From the human T2T-CHM13v2.0 reference genome, Homo sapiens: 64,000 nt of DNA. A program made the position numbers and the translations under genes. The stretch lies in the NCBI RefSeq assembly GCF_009914755.1, contig NC_060947.1. One strand, 5' to 3'. This document shows, one piece after another, positions 17,517 to 35,500 of the stretch (position 1 is the first letter of the stretch; every line of letters starts with the position of its first letter). Below the pieces are notes generated by a model that saw nothing but the letters and a program-made list of their open reading frames with translations, was not told the DNA's origin and did not search any database.

Positions 17517-17821
17517 TTTTTCTTTTTTTTGAGACAGGGCCTCGCTCTGTCACTCAGGCTGGTATGCAGTGGTGTGATCATAACCCACAACAGCTTTAAC
17601 CTCCCAGGCTCAAGCGGTCCTCCCACCTCAGCCTCCGAAGTAGCTAGGACCACGGGCACATGTCACCACACTCAGCTAATTTTTCAATTTTTTGTAGAGA
17701 TAAGGTCTCTACAAAAAATGTTTTTTGTCTAGGCTGGTCTCGAACTCCTGGGCTCAAGCAATCCTCCTGCTTTGGCCTCCCAAAGTTCTGGGATTATAGG
17801 TGTGAGCCACTGTACCCAGCC
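17517..17821 (-). mobile_element. Alu (J-like) with rearranged segment
   Basis: Antisense dimer; non-consensus at 17711-17728. Confidence 0.9.
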
Positions 17822-18138
17822 TGTATTTCATTTTCTGCTTCATTAAAGCCACTACCAAATTTGAGAACTTGGTGGTTTAGTGGAGAAATTTATCATAGTG
17901 ACCATTTCATTTGACTATGAATAAGATTTAATGTTTGAATAATGTGAGAAGTTTGGGCCAGTTTCACAGATTTTATAGTTGCAGAGTGCTGCCATGCAGC
18001 TTTCTCTGTGAGTTAGTCCTTCGATGCAAAAAAAAAAAAAAAAGCAATTATAAATGACAGTGCTGTGACACAGAACTGAATACATTTTAGAAGACTCCAG
18101 TTGTTTAAAACTATGCTTACAAATAAGTAGAAACGTGA

Positions 18139-18623
<485 letters not shown>

Positions 18624-18796
18624 TGATAGATACTAGATTTAGGTATAGTGTTGCTTCTCTTTGTAATGAGCAAACATTTTAACATTCCAGTTTATTCCTT
18701 TGGTTACCAGGATCCTGTTACATGCTTTTTTATCTTAAAAATATGTATTTAGATTGGATTTATGTATTTTCAACTTTGTATTATAAAGAATTTCAG

Positions 18797-19090
18797 CTGG
18801 GCGCGATGGCTCACGCCTGTAATCCCAGCAATTTGGGAGGCCAAGGTGAGCAGATCACTTGAGGTCAGGAGTTCAAGACCAGTCTGCCAACACAGCGAAA
18901 CCCTGTCTCTACAAAAAAAAAAAAAAAAGCCAGATGTGGTGGCACACACCTGTAATCCCAGCTGCTCAGGAGGGTGAGGCAGGAGAATCACTTCAACCTG
19001 GGAGGCGGAGGTTGCAGTGAGCCAAGATCACGCCACTGCACTCCAACCTGGGCGACAGGGCGAGACCCTGTCTCCAAAAACAAACACACA
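18797..19090 (+). mobile_element. Alu (S-like)
   Basis: Sense dimer, flanks share aaagaatttca. Confidence 0.92.
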
Positions 19091-19099
19091 AAGAATTTC

Positions 19100-19720
<621 letters not shown>

Positions 19721-20302
19721 ATCAAAATCATAACCATTGTGTTCATTTCAAAATCATCAAGATTATAACCATTTGTGTTAATTTCAAAATCATTCTGCAT
19801 TTTGCTAGCACCAAGGTAGAATAGTTATTTTTACTATTACTTGATAGGTCCTGATGGTGTCTTGAGCACATTTTAATTGAAAGTGAGGTATCTATTATTC
19901 TTAGATAAAAACATTCCAGTTGTTTTCCTCACTACTTTGTTGTTAAAGCCACAGGATAATTTGAGTAGCAGGCAGGAAAGTAACTGTTCAAGATAAGCTG
20001 AGCCAGGTATTTTCTGTCCCACCTTACCTCTGGGCTTAATAATTTTCTTTTTTTTTAGCTGAAATCGGCCCACATGTAACAGATTCAAATACCTAGTATT
20101 TATTTTAAAAAAAAATGTAAGGATCCCATGGGGAATATAAGGAAAAATAGACATTTCTAACCTTTTATTTATTAGAAATTAAATCTTTTTTAACAGATAA
20201 AACAGAGACTATTGGTTTTTGTTTTGCATTTTAACTTACCAGAGTATACTTTTCAAATAAATTATAAAATTTGAGAACTTGAAAGGACTTTGGAGATCAT
20301 CT

Positions 20303-20485
20303 GTCTTGGTTTTCGAACTTGAGCAGTGGATCAGAATCCCCAGGAGGGCTTGTTAAAACACTGATAGTCAAGCTCCACCCCCAGAGATTCTGATTGAGTA
20401 GGTCTGGGGTGGGGCTTGGGAATTTGCATTTTTAAAACAGGTCCTATGTGATGCTGCTCATCCAGTGAACACACAGAACTATTGA
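20303..20485. mobile_element. MER5A-like
   Basis: atcagaatccccaggagggcttgttaaaaca...gattctgattgagtaggtctggggtggggc. Confidence 0.75.
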
Positions 20486-21334
20486 TGCAGCTCAGTCCCT
20501 TCTTCTCCCTCCCTGCAAATGAGAAAATTTACACTAGGAGGAAAGTTACTTCTTTGCCCAAAACTGGTTAGTGATACAGCCAAATCTAAATCTAAATCTT
20601 GAGGTGACTTACCCCAAATCCAGTGCTTTTATATGTTTTTTCCCTTCAGAGTAGTTGGCTCCAGAAGCTTTCTTTCGAGTCTCCTCTGCATATGTGAATT
20701 TTCTTGGTAGTAGTAAATCTTTTGTCTTTCTAGGGCAGAAGTTACTAACCTGGAGTCTAGCGATCAAAATTATTGGCAAAATTTGTTTGCTGATATGTTT
20801 TTCTAGGGAGGGTTTTGTATCTTTTATCAAGTTCTCAAGTGAATTTCCTTCCCCCTAATGACTAACATTGTGTTTTTAGGGCACTTTTGGTTTTTGAAAA
20901 TAACCAAGGGTCATTTGGAAGCTGTCTGGTGGTTGATGTGAGTGAGAAATCTGGAAATTTCTGGATTTGGCCAATGAGGTATAATTTTTAAAGTAATTAC
21001 GCTGTTTTTTTTGTGTGTGTGTATGTGGCCTTAAAACTGGTGTTGATACATACTAGAGTTCCAGAAATATCTTGGGCAAGACAGCATTATTGGACTAGGT
21101 GTATCAGGGTGACATAGAATGGGGTGATACTAATTTGGATGTATTAGCTCTGGCTTATTGATTTAAAAGAGTTTTCATTGCTTTATAATCATAAAATGTA
21201 CTCTAGAGAAATCTTTCACTAATGTTTTAGAAATATTGGGTTAGATTTCCCATAATCACTTACCAAATCCGAGATAACAGAGCTAGTTGATCATCTGAAA
21301 ATTTGAATGAGATATAGGCTTTTTGATTTAATGG

Positions 21335-21452
21335 TCATTAAATCAGTCTCTTTATTTTGCAGATGAGAAACTTGAGGCCCAGAGAGGTAAAGTGCTTCAT
21401 CCAGATCACATGGCTGGTTGATGACAGATTAAGGGCTAGAATCCAAGTCTCT
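21335..21452 (-). mobile_element. MIR
   Basis: ttttgcagatgagaaacttgaggcccagagaggtaaagtg. Confidence 0.75.
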
Positions 21453-21562
21453 GGAGGTGTATCACGCTGCATATGTCATGCTGTTACTTTTCACAGTGGT
21501 TTGCACACTTGTACAACTCACACCAAGAAACTGGGAGAAACCACCCTAAGATTTTGGTATAG

Positions 21563-22510
<948 letters not shown>

Positions 22511-22514
22511 ATAA

Positions 22515-24100
<1,586 letters not shown>

Positions 24101-24111
24101 ACCATTTGATT

Positions 24112-24402
24112 CTTTTATTTTGACATAGGCTCACACTCTGTCACCCAGACAGGAGTGCAGTGGTGTGATCATGGCTCATTGCAGCCTCAATCTGCTGGGC
24201 AAGCAATTCTCCCACTTCAGCCTCCCTGAGTAGCTGGGACTATAGGCGCAAGCCACCACACCTGGCTAATTTTTCCATTTTATTTAGAGACAGTGCCTCG
24301 CTGTATTGGCCAGCCTAGCCTCAAATGCCTGGGCTCAAATGATCCTCCTGCCTCGGCTTCCCAAAATGCTGGGATTACAGACATGAGCCACCATGCTTGG
24401 CC
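24112..24402 (-). mobile_element. Alu (J-like)
   Basis: TSD ctgagcaccattt. Confidence 0.9.
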
Positions 24403-24639
24403 CTGAGCACCATTTTTTAAAAGACTTTAGGAGATTTTAATGCAGAATAAGTGTGGGAGCCACTGATTGAGGATGAGTCATATTCTTCGGTAGACCTCCT
24501 AATGCCCTGATCAGACCAAATTCTTATTAGGTATCCTCAAAAAATTTAGTCATCTTTGATTCATTCCTCCCCCTCCTTTACCTTCATGTTCAATCTTACC
24601 ACCAGAGCTGTTTTCTCCTCAGGATCTAGAGCAATACTC

Positions 24640-24790
24640 CTTAAACCTTAATACACATAGGTACTTGTTAAAATGCAGATTCTGATTCAGTAAGTCTGTG
24701 GTAGGACCCCAAGATTCTGTGTTTCCAGCAAGTATCCAGGTGATATGAATGCTGGTGATCCATGACCCACACTTTGAGTGGCAGCAAGGG
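24640..24790. mobile_element. MER5B-like
   Basis: cttgttaaaatgcagattctgattcagtaagtctg...cacactttgagtggca. Confidence 0.7.
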
Positions 24791-24911
24791 TCAGAACAAA
24801 GTTCAGACAACTTAGGACATTTCAAGAGCCTCCGCTGTTTGCCTGGCCTCAATTTACTTAGTGCATTTGTTCATTTACTCTACACTCAAACCAACCAGTC
24901 TACTCAGCGTT

Positions 24912-25421
24912 TGTGGTCTGCAGCTTCTCATGTGGCTTCTAATGATTGTGGCAATTCATGCCCTGTATAATTCCCTTCCCTTGGGTGTGGGCTGGACCCA
25001 GTGACTTGCTTCTGATCAATAAAATACAGCACAAGTGAGGCAGTGTAGAAAATTGTTGTCTTGCTCATGCAATCATTTGCTGGCATTCTCTTCTGTCCTC
25101 TCGGTCGCTGGCTCTGATAAAGCAAGCTGCCATGCTATGAGATGCTCTGTGGAGAGGGCCACATGGCAAAGAATCATGGAGGAGGCCTCTGGCCAACAGC
25201 TTGTGAGGAATTGAATCCTGCCAACAGTCATGTGAGTGAGCTAGGAAGTGGATCCTTCCCAGTAGATTCTTGAGAAGAGTGCAGCCTTGTGAGACCTGAG
25301 CTAAACACCCAATCTAAGTAATGTCCGATTCCCGACCCACAGAAACTGCAAGATAATGTGTGTTGTTTTAAACTGCTAAATTTTGGGGTAATGTGTTATG
25401 CAGTGCTAGGTAACTAGTACA
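24912..25421 (+). mobile_element. MLT1 (E/F-like) MaLR LTR
   Basis: tgtgg...gtgagtgagctaggaagtggatcc...cccacagaaactg...ttttggggtaatgtgttatgcag...taactagtaca. Confidence 0.8.
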
Positions 25422-25531
25422 TCATTTACTAAAAATATACAATGAAATGACTTCCTCTTGCATCCTTTTCATCGTGCAAAGGAAAACTCATATGCTGCTT
25501 CCTCGTTCATTTATTCAGCAATATTTGTTGA

Positions 25532-25999
<468 letters not shown>

Positions 26000-27011
26000 T
26001 AAAAGAAAGCTAATTTTAATGCCAAGAAAGTAGGAAGGACATAATCTAAAGAAGCTGTGTGGAAACTTTTCTACGTTGTTATATTGATCATTTTGCTACA
26101 GACCAGTGAAAAGTTCATTATAGACCAGCACAGGCCACATGTAGGCTGCTGCTTCTAGGCACTATTCAAATGTTTATGTACCTTTATTCAGCTTGTATGT
26201 CATTCTGCCTTACAATTAAGAAGGTTTATTTGTCTTTCCCACTAGTCCACATTTTCATTTTTACATCCTTGTGGTTCCTTGTGCCTGTGTAAAGAACTTT
26301 GTTAATTTGATATTATTAATAGCTTTGTCAATCTGAGATTAATGGAGATTTCAATTCAAATAGGTTACTTTAAAAACCCTAACACCATCGGGGAGTACTT
26401 ACTGAAAGCTTTGTAAATCCCTGTTCCTTTCCAAATGATTTTGGTCATGATAATGATACTTACTAAGGTTACAAGTTCCAGTCATCGCAAAACAAAGCAA
26501 AGCTATTTAAAGGCCGATGAAATGAAGATAATTTGTGATTCTTAAGTATCTTATTGACATGTATTAAAATTCTGGACTAGTTATCTTAGTATTATATTAT
26601 CCAAATTTTATCTGTAATGTATGTCATTTTATATATCTGCACAACACCCGTATGATAAAAATGTGCCAAAATATATATAAGGGGATCATCATTTGAGCTT
26701 AATTGCCCACAAATTTTCTGCATACTCAGATACTTATGTCTGCTTATAGCTAGAATAAACTGATTAGCTTATAAATTTAGAGCTTCTAACTGCCTTGCAA
26801 GGGAGAAATAGTCTCTCAGTGAGCCTGGTAACACTGATTTGTGATTAATTGTTTTACTTAGTTGATTCATCTATGATCACAGTACAACAAAAATGTCACA
26901 TTCACTTAGCAGTGTTAACTCCGTTTACCTCGTGTGCATTTAGAAAACTGCCTTGTCATCAGTATAGTATGAATATGTCTAAATAAGATAGTTATTGAAA
27001 GATTTATTTCC

Positions 27012-27770
<759 letters not shown>

Positions 27771-28104
27771 TTAAAAGTCAAAAATAAGATTATATATTAG
27801 GAAAAATTAAAAGCATAGAATCAAGCAATACTGAGGGAAACCACTGCTCTCACAGACCTTTAAGACAAAACACTTTAGTATCAGGCCACGACAAAAGTCA
27901 GAACAAGAGGAGAAAAAGTCACAGAAGTTGACAAAAAAGCTAAAACAGAGAGCCATCATCTCCAGCATTTTTAAAAGAAGAGAGCAGAGAATAGTGAGAC
28001 AACAGTTGACCCTCTGAGACATGAATCCAAGAAGCTCCAAAAGGCACTGGTTATACCATTAAAAGCAAAATTTCCCATAACTCAGCAAATTAATACCTTA
28101 AGAT

Positions 28105-28481
28105 AACCCAGTTTATTAGACAACAGTCTTTTATTAAACAGCACAGCTCCTCACAGAGCAGGGCTAAATTGTAGACAGTGCACCCACAGTCAGCAATGTA
28201 TGGGCTCTTAGCGACTGTATTTATACTCACTTATTCCCACTTTCAATTACATGCAAATTAAGGGGTGGGTTAATGCAAATTGAGGGGATGTCTTATTAAG
28301 AACTTTCTAAAAAGAGATGGTAACTTCTGGGTTGTTGCCATGGTGTTTGTAAACTGTCATGGTGCTAATGAGCAATGAGGGCAGCTCAGGATCACTTTAG
28401 TTACCATCTGCTGGTTTCTAATGGTTTTTTCATTTCATCCTGTCCGGACTGGAAAATAAGGGCTGGCAGTCTCCTACCTGA
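28105..28481 (-). mobile_element. ERV1 MER4-group-like LTR
   Basis: Ends ctcctacctga (reverse resembles TGAGGTAGGAG LTR start); acttctgggttgttgccatgg and ttacatgcaaattaagggg motifs. Confidence 0.6.
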
Positions 28482-28484
28482 GAA

Positions 28485-28960
28485 AGGTGTATGTTTGCCA
28501 AAAGACATATGCTAGAATATTTATAGCAATACTATAATATCCCCAAACTGGAAACTAATCAAATGACCAACAGGTGCATGGATAGATTAATCAGGGTATA
28601 TTCACACAATGGAATACTATACAATCTTGATCATGAATTATCTACAACTATACCCAACAATATAAATCTGTCTCACCAACATGATGTTGAGCAAAATAAA
28701 CCAAATACAAAGGAGTACATAGTACGTGGTATTAAAAGAAAATTAAAACTATGTTGCTAGGACTAGGATAGTGGTTACCTTTATGGGTCTGGGATGCCTG
28801 TAATGACTACAAGGGTATTTAAGGGGCCCTTCTGGGGAACTGGTAATTTTCTACTTCTTGAGATGGCTGTTGGTTAGTTAAATAATGTAGTCTACTTGTA
28901 GAAAGTCAGTGAGCTGTACACTAATGTGCAATATTCTGTATGTATATTTCAATAAAATGC
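28485..28960 (+). mobile_element. L1ME-type 3' end
   Basis: ccccaaactggaaac...tattcacacaatggaatactat...gtggttacctt...caataaaa. Confidence 0.75.
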
Positions 28961-29129
28961 TTCAAAATGAGCATTTAAGCCAGAAGGCAATGATTGCAGT
29001 CAAAATATTCTAAGGGCTTATACAAGGTCCTTAATTACATTAAATTTTAATTTTATTTCAATGAATATTTAAAATTTTTATTTTAAATTTGAATTTCAAG
29101 GATTGTTTACTGAAAATAAAAGAGTAATT

Positions 29130-30270
29130 AACTTCCAAATCTGTAAAGGGAAAAAATGGAGCAAGAAAAAAGAATCTTTAAAATCTAAAAAAGGCAAGAA
29201 AAGAAAAAAAAAAACCCACAAAGTGGGATGAATAGAATGCACAAAATGGCTGAAAGAAAATCAAATATATTTTTTTAAATAACAATAAATGTGAAACAAC
29301 TAATGTTAAAAGATTATATGATTAAGTTAAGGGAGAAGAAAAGCAAATGCTCTTTGTAATCTCTTTGTAATAGACACATCTAAAACATGAGGACCCGTAA
29401 AAGGTGAAAGTCAAAGAACGGGAAAAGGTATATCAGGCAAATAATAACCAAAAGAAAGGTGGTGAAACTACATTCACAACAAGCAAAATAGACCTGAAGG
29501 CAAAAAGCATTACTAAAAATAAAGAAGGTTGTCACTATGTAATGATAAAAGGTTCAAGTCACTAAAAGAATATAGCAGTTCTAAACTTGAATTTGCCTAA
29601 CAACATAGTTTCAAAAATATAGAGAGCAAAATTTACAGAACTACCAGGAGAAATTGACAAATCTACATTATGGTGGGAGTTTTAAGCACTTTTCTCTATT
29701 TTTAGATTGAACAGATAAAAATTCAATAAGGATATAGATTTAAACAACACAATTACTAAGCCTAATTTAATGGAATGTATAGAACACAATCCCAATTATT
29801 ACAGAAGTCTCAAAAAGCCCACACAGCATTTTTACAAAATTCGACTGCAGACCAGGCCTTAAAACATGTCTGAACATTTTTTTTTAAATATCATCAGGGC
29901 ACATTTTCTGACCACAATGCAGATAAACTGGAACCAATAGAAAATAATAATTAGAGAAAAACACATCTTTGAAAGTTTGAAAATGTACTTCTAAATAACT
30001 CATGGGTCAATGAAGAAGTAACAAATTTAAAAATACAGCTGAATAAAAATGAAAGTACTATCCAACAAAGTGGTGCGCAGCTAAATTATCTCATGGGAAA
30101 TGTATAGTCTTAGATGCTTATAAAACGAGAAAAGGCTTCAAAATTGATTATTAACTGTATAAATGAAGAATTCAGAGACAGAACAACAGAATAAAACTAA
30201 AGAAAATATAAGGCAGGTAACAAGAAAAATAGGAGCAGAAATGAGTGAACCAGAAAACACTAAATAGAGT
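29130..30270 (+). mobile_element. Degraded L1 ORF2 endonuclease-region fragment
   Basis: A-rich; ggaaaaggtatatcaggcaaat, aatgataaaaggttca, ttctgaccacaatgc, cttctaaataactcatgggtcaa. Confidence 0.75.
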
Positions 30271-30286
30271 CATTTTTGGCAACTCC

Positions 30287-30451
30287 TTTTTTTTTTTTTT
30301 TTTTTGAGAGAGAGAGTCTTGTTCTGTTGCCCAGGCTAGAGTGCAGTGGCGCGATCTCAGCTCATCAGCTCACTGCAACCTCTGCCTCCAAGGCTCAAGT
30401 CATCCTCCTGCCTCAGCTGGGAATACAGGCACGCGCCACCATGCCTGGCCC
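30287..30451 (-). mobile_element. Alu right monomer
   Basis: poly-T + right arm only. Confidence 0.85.
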
Positions 30452-30454
30452 CTA

Positions 30455-30603
30455 ACTCCTTTCTTTAACTCACACCCAAAACCCACTCTGTCAGCAAATC
30501 CTGTTGGCTCTACCTATAGAGTTTTCCAGAATCTGACTATTTCTTACCACTACTGTTGTTACCACTGAAGTCCAGGCCACCAACACATTACTTGCCTTTA
30601 GAC
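30455..30603 (+). mobile_element. L2 fragment
   Basis: cagcaaatcctgttggctctacct...gtccaggccacca. Confidence 0.65.
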
Positions 30604-30604
30604 T

Positions 30605-30960
30605 GTGATGCAGGTTTGACCCGTGACAAAGGAAAGTGGGAAGAAAGGAGAATTGGGGAGGAACAGCCTCACATTGCAGCATAGCTCTGAAAAAAATCCC
30701 AGCCAGCCAAGTAGGGAGCTCTGGTGCAAAGCTCACCCATGTGTAAAGATTGTCCTGTGCTGGCCATAAATGGTGAGCCATTGTACCACCATTATGTTCA
30801 GTCATAGGCTGAGAACTACCTGGGAAGCACATGGCCTTGACTCTAAAACTGAACAGACCCTAAAGCAACCTGCAACTTGAGGCTGTCAGATAATTGCACC
30901 CCTTGACTAGTTTCTCTCTTGAAGGGAGATCTGAATGGTACACCTTCATGTCTGCCATAG
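30605..30960 (-). mobile_element. ERVL LTR16-like fragment
   Basis: cagcctcacattgcagcatagctctga...gggagctctgg...cagtcataggctg. Confidence 0.55.
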
Positions 30961-31008
30961 TAGGCATTTTTCTTTGATATAATCACAGAAGACTCGGGAC
31001 ACTTAGAA

Positions 31009-31218
31009 CAGGGCTTGACAAATTATGATCTGTGAGCCAAATCCAGCCTGCTGCATGTTTTTTGTAAATAAAGTTTTGTGGGAACACATCCATGCCTCTT
31101 CATTTATTGTCCATGGCTGTTTTTGTGCTACAATGACAAAGTTAAGTAGTTGTGACAGAGACCATATGGCCCCCAAGCCTAAAATATCACCCTTTACAGA
31201 AAAGCTTGCAGATTCCTA
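31009..31218. mobile_element. MER58A-like hAT-Charlie
   Basis: gccaaatccagcc...tgtaaataaagtttt...agttgtgacagagacc...cctttacagaaaa. Confidence 0.8.
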
Positions 31219-31399
31219 ATGTGTAAGGCACTATCGAATCTATGAAGCTATACATTTGTTAGGAAGAGTAAGACATATGCACAAATCCTTAACAATGCCA
31301 GCGCTATCTTATAATTTTTATTCTTTCTACTACATGTAAGCCCTTTGTGTGTATAGAAGGAAGTATTTAAGAAGGGTAGTTCTATGTTCCGATTTAGGC

Positions 31400-32150
31400 T
31401 TTCAGGTTTATTGTGACTGCTCTATGGAGAAAGTATCATAGGAAGGCAAAGATAAAAGCAGGGAGACCCGCTAGGAAGCCATTGGTATAGTCTAAGCAAG
31501 AAATGATGATAGTTTGGATTAGGATGACGGTAGAAATGGAAAGATGACATCTTATGAGATGAGGAAAAGTTAAGAGAAATTGGGTATTGTGGGAATCAAA
31601 GATTCATTTTTGACATGTTGAATTTGAGATATGCAAGTGGAAATATCAAACAGATCATTAGATATAGGAGACTGAAGCTGAGAAATGATCTGGTTGAAGA
31701 TGTAAATTTGGGAAACAGCATATAGGTAGTATTTCAAGGTAGGACTGGATGGGATCATATAAGGAGAGAATGCAGATGGAGAAGTGTTTCTCACAACCAA
31801 GACTTGTGACAGCAAATTTCAGATGTTGGAGAGAGGAGGAGAAGTCAGAAAAAGTCCAGGCTAGTGTTTCTAGAGAGAGGGAGTGTGAAATGCTGCTGAG
31901 AGTAAGATGAGGAAGAAAAGGGTCCACTGCATTTGACAATATGAAGATTGTGGTGACCTCAAAATTAAAAAAAAAAAAAGAAGTTTTTGTGGAATGCTGA
32001 TGGACAGAGGCCAGAATGTGGTGAGTTTAAGAGAGAATGAGAAGCAAGGAAGTGAAGATAGCCAGTATAGAGACAACTCTGTTGAGAAACCTTACTGTGA
32101 CAGGGAGCAAAGAAATAAGGTGGTAGCTGGAGGAGGCTGTGAAGTCAAGG
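31400..32150 (-). mobile_element. L2 fragment
   Basis: tttgacatgttgaatttgagat...caagtggaaatatcaa; purine-rich antisense L2. Confidence 0.75.
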
Positions 32151-32765
32151 GGAATCCTAGAGTCTTTTCGAAGGCTTTTAAGTAGAGTGGTGACCCCATT
32201 ATAATTTGAAGAAGACTGAGCATCCTTACCTTCTTTTGCAGAAGAGAACTTACAAAGACAGATCCAGAAGAGAGAGAATTAGGGTCTCAACTATGGCAAT
32301 GGCCATGAGGATGGCAAGGGGGGAACAGATGCATTCTTCACTGTATAGAAGCCAGTTACCCCAACTTATTTTTGCTGAGATTTATGTATGTTAGTCACCC
32401 TTCTCCGAGGTGTTTCTTTCTCAAACACACAACTCACTTATAGAGTTTTTTTCCTTTTCCTCTAATACTTAAATTAGCATTAAATGTTAGAGATGGAATG
32501 AAACTAATAAAAACTAATTCGCCAGCTCTAGCCACACACCATGCAGGCTGCTACATCGCCCTTGTTTGTTTTGTTACTTAGACTTTGGAATCAGAGAGAA
32601 TAGGCTACCATAGCTGTCTCTTTCACTTTTCTCCTGTGTGATGCTGAGCACATTTGTGAGTATTACGGGAGGTAATATTTTAAAAACGTTTCTAGCAACT
32701 TTTCCACTCTGGTATTGGTGGACTGGGAATTTGGGCAACCCTCTCATTGAAGACAATTATGAAAA

Positions 32766-32770
<5 letters not shown>

Positions 32771-32808
<38 letters not shown>
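32771..32808. repeat. (TG)19 microsatellite
   Basis: Direct reading. Confidence 0.97.
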
Positions 32809-32812
<4 letters not shown>

Positions 32813-33401
32813 TGTATCAAAGCAATGAAGAACTGTGGGGATCGAGATTCAAAAGTCTAAGAAAAGGCAGAAACTCGTAGAAGTGAATCTGGCATTTGGA
32901 CAACTTTTCCTCTAAGGCCTCTCTTGATTCCAGAAGAAACATCTAAATGACTGAGAATCCAAGCAGTGCTATGATAGCTTCAAGTGGAAAGGGGGTACAA
33001 AATCTGCAGTCCAGAGCTCAGCAAGGACAGTAGGGCCTGGCAACTCCACCCCCCCACCCCCCACCAACTCTTGGTTGGGACTTCAAAATGCTGTAACTCT
33101 AGGAATAATGGGAAACCAGAAATAGACTGACCATTGCAGGATTTAAAGACCAGTTTCTGATAATCTCAGTCATTGAAATGGATCAAGATAATTCCAGATT
33201 GCTAGGGACTCTGAGCAGGGCAACTTCATTCTAGGCCTCAAATGATCTTTTGCATTGTTCATAGATAGTGTTCATCACTCACTCAAAATTAACCATGTAC
33301 AAGAGGAAACAAAATGTTGTGAAGAAAAACCTAGAAAAGCAACAGAGGCATTCAGAAGGTATTTGTGCCTAGGATCACAGGCATTTAAAAAATATTTGTT
33401 G

Positions 33402-33628
33402 GGCCAAGTGCAGTGGCTGATGCCTATAATCCCAGCACTTTGGGTGGCTGAGGTGGCAGGATCGCTTGAGTCCAAGAGTTCAAGGCTGCAGTAACCTATG
33501 ATCAAGCTGCATCCCAGCCTGAGTGACAGAGAGAGACCCTGTCTCTAAATTTTATATATATATATATATATATTTTACATGTGCTTTACATACTTTTTAC
33601 ATATATTATATATATATATATATATATA
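33402..33628 (+). mobile_element. Alu monomer followed by (TA)n tracts
   Basis: Left-arm start joined to right-arm end; TA runs 33553-33628. Confidence 0.8.
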
Positions 33629-33649
33629 TGTTTGTTGGAAGAATGAGTT

Positions 33650-34350
33650 GTAAGTATTATTTTTCTCATTTTACATATAAGGAAATCAGTACTCAGAAAG
33701 GTAAAGTATCCTGCCCAAGGTCACACAGCTACTGAACTGTTGAGCTAGGATTTTATCTAGATTTGTCTGATTCTAAAGCTGTTGATTCTGTTCTCTACAG
33801 TGGCAGGTTACATATGTTAGCTTATTTAATCTTCACTATATCTTCATGACCTCAGTATTAGTATCATCTCCATCTTATAGATGAAGCAGCTGAGGCTCAG
33901 AGAAATTCGAGATCACACCCCGAGAAACTAGTTGAGCCGTGACTCAAATTCAGGTTGATCTCATTTTCAAAGCCTTTGCTCTTAACACCACATCACAAGG
34001 TTGCATATACACTTAGATTGCCTTCTGTCAGAGCAGAGTGCAACTACAGTGTTTTCATCTCAGGTTTTAGTGTCCAGAAATCTCCTATTCTAACATTATG
34101 TACTTTGCCTCTTTTAAGGTGGCATCTTCTCCCAATAAATTTACAAGTGGGATTTTATCTTTGAAACTTCCATGTTATAGATGATGGTTAATAAAACTCT
34201 GGACTAGGTTTGAGTTTGATTTATGTAACCTCCTCCCTGAGGCTCTGTTGCTTGATCTGCAAAATAGAGCTAATAACACCACCTACCTCATAATGATGTT
34301 GTATGAATTAGTGCCTCGCAATAGAACTGTTAGCACATCATTATTGTTAA
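33650..34350. mobile_element. Cluster of MIR fragments
   Basis: cccaaggtcacacagcta, atagatgaagcagctgaggctcagaga and ctgcaaaatagagctaataac cores. Confidence 0.65.
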
Positions 34351-34507
34351 TGATGCTTCTGTTCCTGCTTTATAGAAGGGGAAAGAGAAGAATGAGAGGG
34401 GTAAGGCACTTATCTGTTTTATGTTGTGTTCTCCAAGGGTTTACTTGAGGAACAAGTGTGCTTCAGGAACATGAATGGATTTTACTCTTGTTGTTCTTTT
34501 AGGATAA

Positions 34508-34893
<386 letters not shown>

Positions 34894-35179
34894 TAACTGC
34901 TTTTTGGATCATGTACATCCTCATCTTAGCATCTGTGACTTTCCATGCTTTACAGTCCCCTCCAAGGAGGGGCACAGTTCCCTGTGCCTCGGATGACAGC
35001 ACTTATTGCTCCCTAACCTAGCCCCTGGGCTATGCGCTGGCTGCTCCCCTCAGGCCCTCAGAAAACTGAGGTCATTAAGTCTTCTACCCTACTCTCCTTA
35101 TCCGGAAAGCTGATTTCTCTTCTGACCCATGGCTGTGTCGTTTAAGACCTGGCTGGAGATTCCTATCTTCCAAGTGTCT

Positions 35180-35500
35180 CATTCATTTATTCAATGAATA
35201 TTTATTGAGTGGCTACTCATTGGGGATATAGAAATGAGCAAGGCAGATAAGACCAGCTTTCTTTCCTGGCGCTTCCATTCTAGGGAGAGGGGAAGAGAGG
35301 ATGAGGGAGGGAGGAAAAGAGTGAGACAAAAAGAAAACAAATACAACAATTTCAGATACTCAAAAGCACTATGAAGAAGATAAAATCAGATAATGTGATG
35401 GAGAATGTGTCAGTTAAGACTGGGGAATACTGAGGAGGGGAAATTTAAGTTTTGACTTGAAAGACAAGATTAGGAGCAGCCATCCATTCCTGGCAAAGGG
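35180..35500 (-). mobile_element. L2 3' fragment
   Basis: cattcatttattcaatgaatatttattgag. Confidence 0.7.

Noticed and set aside
29130-30270. Functional L1 endonuclease
   Set aside because: Many stops and frameshifts; no ORF of 60 aa or more in the track.
32620-33380. Possible HAL1/L1ME 5' region
   Set aside because: Resemblance too weak to assign by eye.
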